Assembly (NCBI GenBank): GCA_965224085.1
Contig: CBDCYI010000009.1
Span: 128,001 to 192,000, forward strand
Direction: 5' to 3'
From: Candidatus Marinacidobacterales bacterium
GTDB lineage: Bacteria > Acidobacteriota > Vicinamibacteria > Marinacidobacterales > SMYC01
DNA length: 64,000 nucleotides
Each line of letters opens with the position of its first letter. Position 1 is the first letter of the stretch. Shown piece after piece: positions 8,660-18,122 of the stretch. Both the position numbers and the translations under genes were made by a program. The notes beneath the pieces were generated by a model, which made no database searches, was not told the DNA's origin, and was given only the letters and a program-made list of their open reading frames with translations.

Positions 8660-10585
8660 ATGAGAACGGCGTTGCTTGTGTGTCTTTGCTGCTTGCTGGC
8701 CTCCGCGGTCGCGACTTCCCAGCCCGGCTCCGAGGCTCTTCCGGTGGACAATCTTCTGTCCATCAACTCCGTCGTCGGTGGCGAAACTCCGCAATGGTCG
8801 CCCGACGGGAAGCATCTTCTCTTCGCCTCGAGTCTGGGAGACGGTGGTCTTCTGACGATCTCTCCCGACGGCGGTTTCCCCACGCGCGTTCCCCTCGATC
8901 TCGGCGGGTCGGGGCATTTTCTGGCGCTTCAGACGCCGCAATGGTCGCCCGACGGCGCCTGGATCGCTTACGTTGCGGACAAGTCCGGCTCTCCCGAGCT
9001 CTGGCTCTGGTCGGTCGCAGGTGGGCGTGACCGGCAGCTCACCGATCTGGGCGGCCGCATCAATTCCTTTCGCTGGTCCCCAGATGGGACCGCCATTGCT
9101 TTCGCAGGCGACCGCTACGGCAACTACGATATCTGGAAGGCGCGCGTAGACGACGGTGCGATCCATCGTTTGACCAAAAAGGAGCGCTACGAAGTGTTCC
9201 CCTTCTGGACTCCGGACGGCGAGACGATCCTCTACGCCGAGCTGGACGAACGATGGGAGGACCACACCGTGATCGCGATGACGGGTGATGGAGAAAGCCC
9301 GCGGGTCGTGGTGGTAGACACCGACTTTTTCGACTATCGAGCCGGTGGCACGTTCGCCTATCCCCGCGTCTCGCCCGATGGGCAGGCCGTGCTCTTTCGC
9401 TCGCACCGAAGCGGCTGGATCAACTACTGGGTGGTGCCCCTCGGAGTCGGCGAGCCGAGAGCCGTTCATGCCGAGGAGGCCGACCAGAGCCACGCCCGCT
9501 GGTCTCCCGATGGACAATCCATCGCGTTCGTCTCGAACCGGAACGGGACGCACCATCTCATGGTGGTTGCGGCGAGCGGCGGGACACCCCGCGCCCTCGT
9601 GAGTCCCGAAGTGGGCGTGGTTGCCAGCCCCGAGTGGTCGCCCGACGGGACGCGGCTGAGCTACACCTTTGAGACGACGACCCGTCCTCGAGATCTGTTC
9701 GTGGTGGAAGTTTCGAGCGGTGACAGGCGCCAGCTCACCGACTCCCTCCTGGCAGGTGGCCTCGAAGCGACGCTGATCCCACCCGAGAAGATCCGTTACC
9801 GGAGCACCGACGGTTTCGAGATTGCCGCCTACCTCTACAAGCCTGCTGCGTTCCGTTCCGGCGAGCGCTTTCCCGGAGTTTTGTGGATCCACGGCGGTCC
9901 CACCTCCCAGTTCCACGACACCTTTCAACAACACGTTCAGTTCTTTGTTCAGCGAGGCTACGTCGTGCTCCTCCCCAACATCCGCGGCAGCTCCGGCTAC
10001 GGAAAGGCGTTCGCAGACGCCAACAACGACTGCTGGGGACATTGCGATCTCGAAGACGTCCTGGCCGGAGTCGACTACTTGAAAACGCTCGCCTACGTGG
10101 ACTCGGACAAGATAGGCATTACCGGAACGAGCTACGGGGGCTGCATGAGCCTCTCGGCCGTTGCGTTCGCGCCCGGCGTCTTTCAAGCAGCGATCCCGGG
10201 CTCCGGCTACGCCGACTGGTTCCATTTCATGGAAGAGCAGGAGCTCCGTCACATCAAGCTCCTCGAGCACGAGTTCGGACCGCTGCCCGACAACGAGGAG
10301 ACCTACCGTCGGAACTCCCCGATCTTCTCAGTCGAGCGCGTCACCACACCAACGTTTCTCGTTCACGGTGAGGGGCGGTTCCCACGCTCGAGCGCCTCGC
10401 TGAACTTCGCCCTCGAGCTCGAGAAGAACTACAAGGTGTTTCGGCTGAAGGCCTACCCGAACGAGAACTACTACGTGCGAGGCAGGAAGAACCGGCGTCA
10501 GCTGCTTCTCGATATGTTGTCCTTTTTCGACCAGTTTCTGAAAGGTGGCCCGAAAGGGGACCCGCCGGTCACCTCGAACGAATAG
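8660..10585 (+). CDS. S9 family peptidase-like protein with PD40/TolB propeller and non-canonical triad
   Basis: Signal peptide, repeated WSPDG, IHGGP, PNIRGSSGYG, GTSYGG. Confidence 0.9.
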   Translation: MRTALLVCLCCLLASAVATSQPGSEALPVDNLLSINSVVGGETPQWSPDGKHLLFASSLGDGGLLTISPDGGFPTRVPLDLGGSGHFLALQTPQWSPDGAWIAYVADKSGSPELWLWSVAGGRDRQLTDLGGRINSFRWSPDGTAIAFAGDRYGNYDIWKARVDDGAIHRLTKKERYEVFPFWTPDGETILYAELDERWEDHTVIAMTGDGESPRVVVVDTDFFDYRAGGTFAYPRVSPDGQAVLFRSHRSGWINYWVVPLGVGEPRAVHAEEADQSHARWSPDGQSIAFVSNRNGTHHLMVVAASGGTPRALVSPEVGVVASPEWSPDGTRLSYTFETTTRPRDLFVVEVSSGDRRQLTDSLLAGGLEATLIPPEKIRYRSTDGFEIAAYLYKPAAFRSGERFPGVLWIHGGPTSQFHDTFQQHVQFFVQRGYVVLLPNIRGSSGYGKAFADANNDCWGHCDLEDVLAGVDYLKTLAYVDSDKIGITGTSYGGCMSLSAVAFAPGVFQAAIPGSGYADWFHFMEEQELRHIKLLEHEFGPLPDNEETYRRNSPIFSVERVTTPTFLVHGEGRFPRSSASLNFALELEKNYKVFRLKAYPNENYYVRGRKNRRQLLLDMLSFFDQFLKGGPKGDPPVTSNE

Positions 10586-10687
10586 GTGCGGTGCGGAAGA
10601 ACCCCGACATCGACGGGGCGTTTTCCTGGATGGATTTCTGGGACGAGAACAGGTACTTAGCCCACACCTTCTCCCGGGAGTTCACAA

Positions 10688-11164
10688 ATGGTCAGAATCC
10701 TTGCCTTGTCACTGAGCGCTTCGCTGTTCGCGGTGCCCGGCAACACAAGATGCGAACATCGTCTACGACCCGGCGCTCTATCAGGCCCTCGAGTACCGGA
10801 TGATTAGCCTCACAAGGGCTCGCGCACCACGGCGGTCACCGGGGTGTCGCAGGAGCCGCGTACGTTCTATATGGGAGGTACCGGAGGAGGCGTGTGGAAA
10901 ACTACCGACGGCGGAGAGACCTGGTTCAACATCACCGACGGTCAGTTCGCTACCGGCTCGGTCGGTGCCGTCGACGTTGCCGACTCCAATCCCCACGTCA
11001 TCTACGTGGGGACGGGCTCCGCCTGCATCCGCGGCAACGTCTCTCCCGGCGTCGGCATCTACAAATCGACCGATGCTGGCAGGAGCTGGAGCCACGCCGG
11101 GCTCGACGATGTGGGCCAGATCGGACGCGTCATCGTCCACCCCACCGACCCCGATATCGTCTAG
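10688..11164 (+). pseudogene. Truncated, frameshifted BNR/sortilin-type glycosyl hydrolase
   Basis: YDPALYQALEYRMI, GGVWKTTDGG, GIYKSTDAGRSW; ends at a TAG within CTAG. Confidence 0.8.
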
Positions 11165-11173
11165 GCGCGCCAA

Positions 11174-11308
11174 GCGTGGACACCACGGAACAACGGCCGC
11201 CGGGGTGGCCAGCCGCGCTACTCGAATCTCGCAATCGTGACGGCGTTGACGTTGCGCATGGTCTTTCACCTTCCGCTCCGACAGACCGAGGGATTCCTCG
11301 ACTCGTTT
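11174..11308 (+). mobile_element. IS5 family (IS903-like) transposase internal remnant
   Basis: Hand translation RGGQPRYSNLAIVTALTLRMVFHLPLRQTEGFL. Confidence 0.8.
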
Positions 11309-11382
11309 GCGCCTCCAAACGACCCACAGATTCTGCTGAGGAGGCAGATTTTTAAGGATAAGGTTCTTGCAGCTCGAAGGTG

Positions 11383-13182
11383 TTAGTAGCGCCAGCTCGT
11401 CACGTCGGCTCCCGGCGGCGCGGTCTCGAGCATGTGCTCCACCATTTTGGGAACGAAGCGCTGAACGTAGGTGAGCCGTGAGATCGAGTTCGGGTTCTCG
11501 TGATCGCCGCTCCAGCAGTGCTCGAAGCGATCACCGTAGTCCACCTCGCCGGCGTAGTAGGGCTCGGTGGTCGACTCGAGAAACTCATCCAGGAGGTAGA
11601 CGGCGTTCGGCAAATAGTAGTTGTCCATATCACCGCAGTAGATGTGGAGCTTGCCGATGAGCTTGGGGCCGAGCTCCTTCCAGTCTCTTTCCAGGATGTG
11701 GCGAAGATCGTAGTGCTCCTTCATGTATTCGGCCACGGATGGGTCGATCGCCCCGGTGCGTTTGTCGATGAGCGTCTTGATGTAACCATCCTCTCCGACC
11801 GGCGCCCAGGCCGCCTCGTACCCATCCCTCAGCTCACCGGAGCGGCCCCTGGTCCCGAGGACGCGCTCGAGACGATAGAGCTCCTCGAGCGTGCAAGTGA
11901 CGTCCCCGAGAAAATTCCGCAGGCCGGGCCGGGGTGTTCGCTTCCATTTGCTGTCGATATGGAAGGCGTTCTCGTCCTGGTAGATGTTGACCGACGTATA
12001 AGCGCGGAAATCGACCGGGCTCGGGCAGGCCGACCAGGTACCGTTGTATTCGTCGGGGTAAAACACCTGGAACGCAAGCGACGTCCACCCACCGGTCGAG
12101 CCGCCGTAGAGCACCCGCGCCCAGCCTTCTCCGATGCCCCGAAATGTTTTCTCGATGAACGGAACGAGCTCGTAGGTGACCGCGTCGCCGTAGGGGCCGT
12201 TGTTGGCCGAGTTCACGCCGTAGGAGCCGTCGTAGTAGGGAGTGGCTGCCTGGACGTCGACCTTGATCACCCGCGGGAAGCCCGGTCCGGTCCAGTCCTG
12301 GTAGAGCTGGTAGGCGTAGCGCTCCTCTGTCGGTTTGTAGCTCGGATGGTTTCGGTACCCCACGATAGGCTCGACCCAGGGTTGTCCGCGGAGCGCCGCG
12401 CGGATAGGCTCGACTTTGGGCCGGTCCTCCGTTTGGGCTGGCTCCGGCTCGGAGTCTGCGGTCCCCATCTCATCCTCCGGAGGCGTCTCGCGCCAGTGCG
12501 CGATGGTGCGGCGATAGTGTCCTTGGCTCACCACGAGCGGATAGCGCGCCTCGGGATGCTCGTCGAAGGCTTCCGGCAGCAGGACGATCGCGTCGAGATA
12601 CATCGGGCGGCCCCAGAACTCGCTGAGAAGCGCGCTCTCGAACCGCACGTGCTTCACGTACTTGGTGTCCTCGGGCTCGGGGATGGGAGGGATTTCCTGA
12701 TCCATTGAAATCTCGATGGTGGCGTCCTCACCCGCGTCGAGACGAACCTTTCGAGGGGTGCTGTACAGATTGCCCGGCGCCCGGTTCCACTTGATGCCTT
12801 CGTCCCGGTTGATCGGCAGCTTCAACCGGTGTCCGTCACTCCGATGAAACGTCTCGTAGCGGTGGAGCACTGCCTGGACCCAGTACTCTCCTCGCGGAAT
12901 GTCCGCGACGCTGTCGACGGGGAAGCCGAGGACGTCACCATCGAGGACAGCGTCTTTTCCGGGCGCCAAGCCCTCCACGTCGATCCCGAACAGGAGCTGG
13001 GTATCCTGACCGTTGTTGATCTGGAACCGCGGCTCCTCGGCATCGTTCGTCGAGATCGCCAGCAGCAGACGCCCGTCCAAGGCCGTGCTCGACCGCTCTT
13101 CGGGAAACGAAACGGCAAAGCGAAGTCCGGCGGGCTGGCAGGACACGGTGAAGAGAAGCGACAGGACTACCGCCCATCGCAT
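11383..13182 (-). CDS. Putative esterase (alpha/beta hydrolase), probable lipoprotein
   Basis: GGSTGGW, GDMDNYY, EHCW; RBS before MRWAVV; paralog of 30092-31861. Confidence 0.8.
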   Translation of the reverse strand: MRWAVVLSLLFTVSCQPAGLRFAVSFPEERSSTALDGRLLLAISTNDAEEPRFQINNGQDTQLLFGIDVEGLAPGKDAVLDGDVLGFPVDSVADIPRGEYWVQAVLHRYETFHRSDGHRLKLPINRDEGIKWNRAPGNLYSTPRKVRLDAGEDATIEISMDQEIPPIPEPEDTKYVKHVRFESALLSEFWGRPMYLDAIVLLPEAFDEHPEARYPLVVSQGHYRRTIAHWRETPPEDEMGTADSEPEPAQTEDRPKVEPIRAALRGQPWVEPIVGYRNHPSYKPTEERYAYQLYQDWTGPGFPRVIKVDVQAATPYYDGSYGVNSANNGPYGDAVTYELVPFIEKTFRGIGEGWARVLYGGSTGGWTSLAFQVFYPDEYNGTWSACPSPVDFRAYTSVNIYQDENAFHIDSKWKRTPRPGLRNFLGDVTCTLEELYRLERVLGTRGRSGELRDGYEAAWAPVGEDGYIKTLIDKRTGAIDPSVAEYMKEHYDLRHILERDWKELGPKLIGKLHIYCGDMDNYYLPNAVYLLDEFLESTTEPYYAGEVDYGDRFEHCWSGDHENPNSISRLTYVQRFVPKMVEHMLETAPPGADVTSWRY

Positions 13183-13232
13183 CACCGCCTCTGAGAGCTG
13201 AGAGACTAGCGCTAGCGTGACTCTATACATGG

Positions 13233-13335
13233 CAAAGTACCTTTCCCGAGATGGCGGAAACGCTGAAGGCCATCGCTAGAGATGGACCCGGAATCTTCTA
13301 TGGAGCGGCGCTTGCGGAGCGCTTCGCCGCTCATT
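13233..13335 (+). pseudogene. Gamma-glutamyltransferase fragment
   Basis: PEMAETLKAIARDGPGIFYGAALAERF resembles the GGT LA.TL..IA..G...FY motif. Confidence 0.55.
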
Positions 13336-13564
13336 GTACCGCGCTGCCACGGCCCGGGTGCGAGTGCCCTTGCGAAAGCGGCAGCGCGTCGGCGCCCTTC
13401 TGCGGACTCCCGAATTTTTCACCGAAGAAGTCCCGGGGGTTCCAGGTGGGCCGATCCGCGTCCGAGGCCACGTGAAATCCCAGGAGAAAGTTCGTATTGG
13501 GGAAGAGGGCGGCAGCGAGCCAAGGGTCAATTGCGTAAACTTTTTGGATCATTTTGGCCCAACT

Positions 13565-13755
13565 CAGCCTGCGTTGGAACGGCGCGCAGTTGATGCGGCG
13601 GGACGATCTCGGAGTCATCGAGCCAGGCGCAATAGCGGATATTCTCGTTGTCGATGGCGACCCACTCGAGGACATCGGCAACATGCGGCAGCTACTGGTA
13701 GTGATCAAAGAAGGCGAGGTATCCTTGACCGGACCGCCTCCGAGCAGACCTCTAG
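13565..13755 (+). pseudogene. Amidohydrolase C-terminal fragment
   Basis: NGAQLM..LGVIEPGAIADILVVDGDPLEDI..VIKEG. Confidence 0.75.
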
Positions 13756-13779
13756 GTGATGGCGGGGAGGTGCAACGGC

Positions 13780-14292
13780 ATGGGAGAGCTAAAGACTCGA
13801 CGGAGGTTCATCCAGGGTGCCATCGCCGCGGGCGCGGCGGTGTCCGCTTCGGGAGCCCTCTCCCACGAGTCCGGCGCCCTGGCGCAGCGGTCCGAAGGTA
13901 TCCGAAGCTTCGATCATGTCGCCGCTCCGATGCGAAATACGGAAGCGATGGTTTCGTTCTATCGTGCCCTCGGTTTGAAGGTGAACGAAGGTCCCCGGGT
14001 CTGCTCCGTCCATTTCGGGGACCAGAAGATCAATTTTCACCGTCCCGTGCTGTGGCAGCGCGAGACGTTCACGCTGCGTGCTCCCGCCGCCCAGCCGCCC
14101 TGCGGTGACTTCTGCTTCGTGTGGGAAGGCTCGATGGAGTCGCTGAAAGCGACGCTGGAGAGAGCGCGAGCTGAGGTCATCGAGGGTCCCGCGGAGCGCG
14201 CAGGCGGTCGCGATGGCGGCGCGGCCAGAGGCACGAGCCTGTACGTGCGAGACCCGGACGGCAACCTGTTGGAATTCATGATCTATTCCTGA
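13780..14292 (+). CDS. VOC/glyoxalase family protein with Tat signal
   Basis: TRRRFIQGA signal, FDHVA, SLYVRDPDGNLLEF; GGAGG RBS. Confidence 0.88.
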   Translation: MGELKTRRRFIQGAIAAGAAVSASGALSHESGALAQRSEGIRSFDHVAAPMRNTEAMVSFYRALGLKVNEGPRVCSVHFGDQKINFHRPVLWQRETFTLRAPAAQPPCGDFCFVWEGSMESLKATLERARAEVIEGPAERAGGRDGGAARGTSLYVRDPDGNLLEFMIYS

Positions 14293-15959
14293 TCCTCCTG
14301 ATCCTTGCTGAAGCTATATAGCTTCCTGGCGGCTTCGGCGGAGACGAGCTCGTTCGCCACGTCCGAGCGTACCTGCTCGCGATCTCTAGCCTTGGGGTCA
14401 CCGTAGCCACCCCCGCCGGGGGTGTGAAGGATCAGCCGTTCGCCGGCGCGAATGATCTGGGTCCCCTTGCCGCGCAACCGCTCGCCGGAGGCGAGGAACA
14501 CCGCACCGGACTCCCCCTGGCCGCCTAAACGTCGGCCCAGAGCCGGGTGCGCGATGCGATCGAAGGCCGCGAGCAATTCGAAATCGGAGTCGATCGCGCT
14601 CTCGATCTCGAGCACCTGGCCGAGGCCGCCGCGATGCTCGCCGGCGCCGCCAGAATCCGGCCGGAGCTCCTTGCGGTGGAAAATCAGCGGCGCCAAGGAT
14701 TCGTTGATCTCCACGGGGGTTCCCCGGACACCGCTGGGATAGGCGGTGGCGGACAGGCCGTCGCTCGTCGGTCGCGCGCCAGTGCCTCCGTTCGTGACGG
14801 CGGTGGTGGTGAAGATGGTGCTGTCGTTCGGGCCTCGATCCGTTTCGCCCCGGAAGGTGAGATTCCAAAGGCAAGAGGCGCCCTCGGCGGGGACGCGGTC
14901 GGGCTTCACCTGAACGAGACAGCCGAAGACAACGTCGGGCAGCATTTGACCGATAATGTGGCGGGCATTGATCGCCGCCGGATAAGGAGCGTTCAAAATA
15001 GATCGTAGCGGGGCGGTGACCTTGAAGGGCGCGAGCGATCCCGCGTTATTGGGCACCTCCGGCGAGACAATGCAGCGCAAGCCGAAACAGGTATAAGCTG
15101 CCGTATAGGCGATCGGCACATTGACGCCGTACTTGGACATGGGCGATGTGCCGTCGTAATCGACGGAAATACCGTCATCGGAAATGGTCAGCTCCGCGAC
15201 CAGATCGACTGCATTGTCGTATCCGTCGATGCGCATGGTGTTGCGGAAGGTGCCCTTCGGCAACTCGGCGATTTCGGCCATCACCGCATCGTAGGAGTTG
15301 GCGCAGATGTATTCGGCAAGTGAGTCGAGTCTCTCCAAATCGAATTCGTCCATCATCTCGACCAGCCGAGCGCAGCCGATATCGTTGCAGGCGGCCAGCG
15401 AGTAGACATCGCCTTCCGTTTCCACGGGCTGGCGTGTATTGGCCCGAATCATCGCCATCAGAGTCTCGTTGATTTCCCCCCGGTCGGCGAGCTTCAGCAT
15501 CGGGATGTAGATGCCTTCCATGTGCACGTCCGTGCCGTCTGGTCCCATGCCGACACCGCCGATGTCCGTGATATGGGACGTGCAGGAAAAGAGCGCGACG
15601 AGATGCCCGGCTTTGAAGCAGGGAGTCGTGAGAACGAAGTCGTTGGTATGTCCGGTTCCCAGCCAGGGATCGTTGGTAATGTAGATGTCGCCCTCGCGCA
15701 TCGTCTCGATTGAGAAATGACGAAGGAAGTGCTTGACCGATTCCGCCATGGAGTTCACATGACCCGGGGTGCCCGTGACCGCCTGCGCGAGCATCCGCCC
15801 CTTGATGTCGAAGACACCGGCGGACAGGTCGCCGCATTCGCGTACGATGGGGCTGAAGGCGGTACGTACCAGGGTCCTTGCTTGCTCCTCGACCACAGAG
15901 ATGAGCCGATTCCACATCACCTGCATGCGAATCGTGTCCAAGGCGCCTTTGTCGCTCAT
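14283..15959 (-). CDS. Hydantoinase B / 5-oxoprolinase subunit
   Basis: RTAFSPIVRE, TNDPW.GTGH.ND, HITDIGG, TPGGGGYGDP. Confidence 0.92.
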   Translation of the reverse strand: MSDKGALDTIRMQVMWNRLISVVEEQARTLVRTAFSPIVRECGDLSAGVFDIKGRMLAQAVTGTPGHVNSMAESVKHFLRHFSIETMREGDIYITNDPWLGTGHTNDFVLTTPCFKAGHLVALFSCTSHITDIGGVGMGPDGTDVHMEGIYIPMLKLADRGEINETLMAMIRANTRQPVETEGDVYSLAACNDIGCARLVEMMDEFDLERLDSLAEYICANSYDAVMAEIAELPKGTFRNTMRIDGYDNAVDLVAELTISDDGISVDYDGTSPMSKYGVNVPIAYTAAYTCFGLRCIVSPEVPNNAGSLAPFKVTAPLRSILNAPYPAAINARHIIGQMLPDVVFGCLVQVKPDRVPAEGASCLWNLTFRGETDRGPNDSTIFTTTAVTNGGTGARPTSDGLSATAYPSGVRGTPVEINESLAPLIFHRKELRPDSGGAGEHRGGLGQVLEIESAIDSDFELLAAFDRIAHPALGRRLGGQGESGAVFLASGERLRGKGTQIIRAGERLILHTPGGGGYGDPKARDREQVRSDVANELVSAEAARKLYSFSKDQEDQE

Positions 15960-18052
15960 GCGTCGTTCTCCGGTATCCTTTGCATGACGATGTGTCCGCC
16001 GCGGCTAACGCGCGCGTCGAAGCCTGCGGGAACGAAGGTGGAGGTCTCGTCCTCGGCGATCACCGCGGGTCCGGAGAGCTCCATCCCCGGCACGAGATCG
16101 GGCCGCCAATAGAGGGGCACACTGACCGTGCGATCCGTTTCAGCGTCGTAGACGTTGCGCGCCGATGCCGGTTCCCTGATCGCGATTGGCTCGGCATGGC
16201 TCGGTTTCTCGGCCGGCCTTGGCACCGTCGAGATCGTGAGCGCCCAGGTCAACACCTCTACCTCGGCATTGGGAAGAACGCGCTTGTAGAGCGAGAGGTA
16301 CTCCTCGTCGAAGGCCGCCTGCAGCGTGGCCCTGTCGCTCGCGTCCAGGGGGCGGTTCGGCAAAGTCACCACGATCTCGTGGCCCTGCCCCCGATAGCGC
16401 ATGTAGGCTTGGCGCTGCTCGACAAGGTCGGCACCTGGAGCCCCGGCCTCGACGATCCCGAGCGCCTCCTGGCTCATCTCACTCATGACACGGTTGACTG
16501 GCTCCGGATGGAAAGCGGCGAGGCTCATGTGCATGCTGCGCACGACTTCGTAGGACACGGGCGCGCGCAAGAACCCGATCGCGGAGCCGACACCGGCGTT
16601 GGTTGGAATCACGATCCGGGAGACACCGAGCTTTTCGGCAAGGTGGCCCACGTGCAACGGCGCCGCGCCCCCGAAGGCGATGAGCGTGTGCTCCGCTGTA
16701 TCTTCGCCCTGCTCCACCGCGTGCACGCGGGCGGCATTGGACATGGTCTCGTCGACGATTTCCGTGATGCCGAACGCGGCCATCTCCGCCGTCAGGCCGA
16801 GAGGCTCGCCGATATCTGTCTCCAGGGCCCGACGGGCAAGACCTGTTTGCAACGTGAGATTGCCGCCGGCGAAGCGATCCGGATCGATTTTGCCCAGCAC
16901 GATGTCCGCATCCGTGATGGTCGGATGGACACCGCCGCGATCATAGGCAGCCGGCCCCGGATCCGCTCCCGCGCTGTCCGGCCCGACCGTGATTCGCTTC
17001 ATGGAATCGACGCGCGCGTTGGAGCCCCCGCCGGCACCGATTTCGACCATTTCGATCACGGGGATACGAAGCGGCAGGCCGCTGCCCTTCAGGAAGCGGG
17101 CCTGACGATCCACCTCGAACTCACGGGCCTTCCCCGGCTCGAAATTCTCGATCAGGCAGATCTTCGCGGTGGTCCCGCCCATATCGAAGGAAATCACCTT
17201 ATCCAGTCCCAGCTCCATAGCGATTTCCCGGGCGAGAATCGCTCCCCCGGCCGGTCCCGATTCGGCCAGCCGGATGGGTTGACGCTTCGCCGTGTCGAGC
17301 GTCGTCAGGCCGCCGCCCGAGGTCATCAGCAGCACCGGGCAGGACAACTCGAGTTCCGCGAGTCGGTGTGCCAGCCGTGACAGATAGCTCGCCATCAACG
17401 GTCGTACATAGGCGTTGACCGTCGCCGTGGTCAGACGCTCATATTCACGAACCTCAGGGCAAACGTCACTCGACAAGGTGATCGAGACCTCCGGAAAGGC
17501 CTCGGCCAAGATCTCGCCCGTGCGTTGCTCGTGCGTCGGATTGGCGTAGGCATGGAGGAAACCAATCACGATGCTCTCGGCACCGCCGTCGCGTAGCCGA
17601 GGGATGAGGCGGCGAACCGCATCCTCGTCCAGCTCCCGCACGACGTTGCCCCTTCGGTCGACACGCTCGGCAACGGTGAAGCGACGCATGCGGGGCACGA
17701 GGGGCACTGCCTTTTGGAGCATGACGTCGTATTGGTCGTAACGGCTTTCGTATCCGATCTCGAGCACGTCGCGGAAGCCGTCGGTCGTGACGAGGGCGGT
17801 AACGGCCCCTTTGCGCTCGATCACCGCATTCGTGGCCAGCGTCGTGCCGTGGAGCAGGAGCGCAACGGTCTCGGCCGCGACCCCCGATCTGGCCAACACA
17901 TCTGCCACACCGGCGATCACCCCTTCTTCCGGTCCCGAAGGCGTGGTCAGTACCTTCGACGTCGTACGGTTGTTGGCGGATTCGAGAACAACGTCGGTGA
18001 ACGTGCCGCCGATGTCGACGGCAAGCCGAGCACCGGTGCTGTCATTCGGCAT
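15956..18052 (-). CDS. Hydantoinase A / 5-oxoprolinase ATP-binding subunit
   Basis: DIGGTFTD, HGTTLATN, ESGPAGG, DMGGTT, GAGGGS; ATGA overlap with subunit B. Confidence 0.92.
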   Translation of the reverse strand: MPNDSTGARLAVDIGGTFTDVVLESANNRTTSKVLTTPSGPEEGVIAGVADVLARSGVAAETVALLLHGTTLATNAVIERKGAVTALVTTDGFRDVLEIGYESRYDQYDVMLQKAVPLVPRMRRFTVAERVDRRGNVVRELDEDAVRRLIPRLRDGGAESIVIGFLHAYANPTHEQRTGEILAEAFPEVSITLSSDVCPEVREYERLTTATVNAYVRPLMASYLSRLAHRLAELELSCPVLLMTSGGGLTTLDTAKRQPIRLAESGPAGGAILAREIAMELGLDKVISFDMGGTTAKICLIENFEPGKAREFEVDRQARFLKGSGLPLRIPVIEMVEIGAGGGSNARVDSMKRITVGPDSAGADPGPAAYDRGGVHPTITDADIVLGKIDPDRFAGGNLTLQTGLARRALETDIGEPLGLTAEMAAFGITEIVDETMSNAARVHAVEQGEDTAEHTLIAFGGAAPLHVGHLAEKLGVSRIVIPTNAGVGSAIGFLRAPVSYEVVRSMHMSLAAFHPEPVNRVMSEMSQEALGIVEAGAPGADLVEQRQAYMRYRGQGHEIVVTLPNRPLDASDRATLQAAFDEEYLSLYKRVLPNAEVEVLTWALTISTVPRPAEKPSHAEPIAIREPASARNVYDAETDRTVSVPLYWRPDLVPGMELSGPAVIAEDETSTFVPAGFDARVSRGGHIVMQRIPENDA

Positions 18053-18122
18053 GCAAAAGCTCCTGTGGATTCATGCTGCTTGGGCTCGCGCCTCCCCGAC
18101 CGACCGTCGCCGTGTTGTCCCC

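Noticed and set aside
6875-10270. 1131-aa minus-strand ORF
   Set aside because: Antisense shadow of the M28 and S9 genes; no motifs. Such shadows are common in GC-rich DNA.
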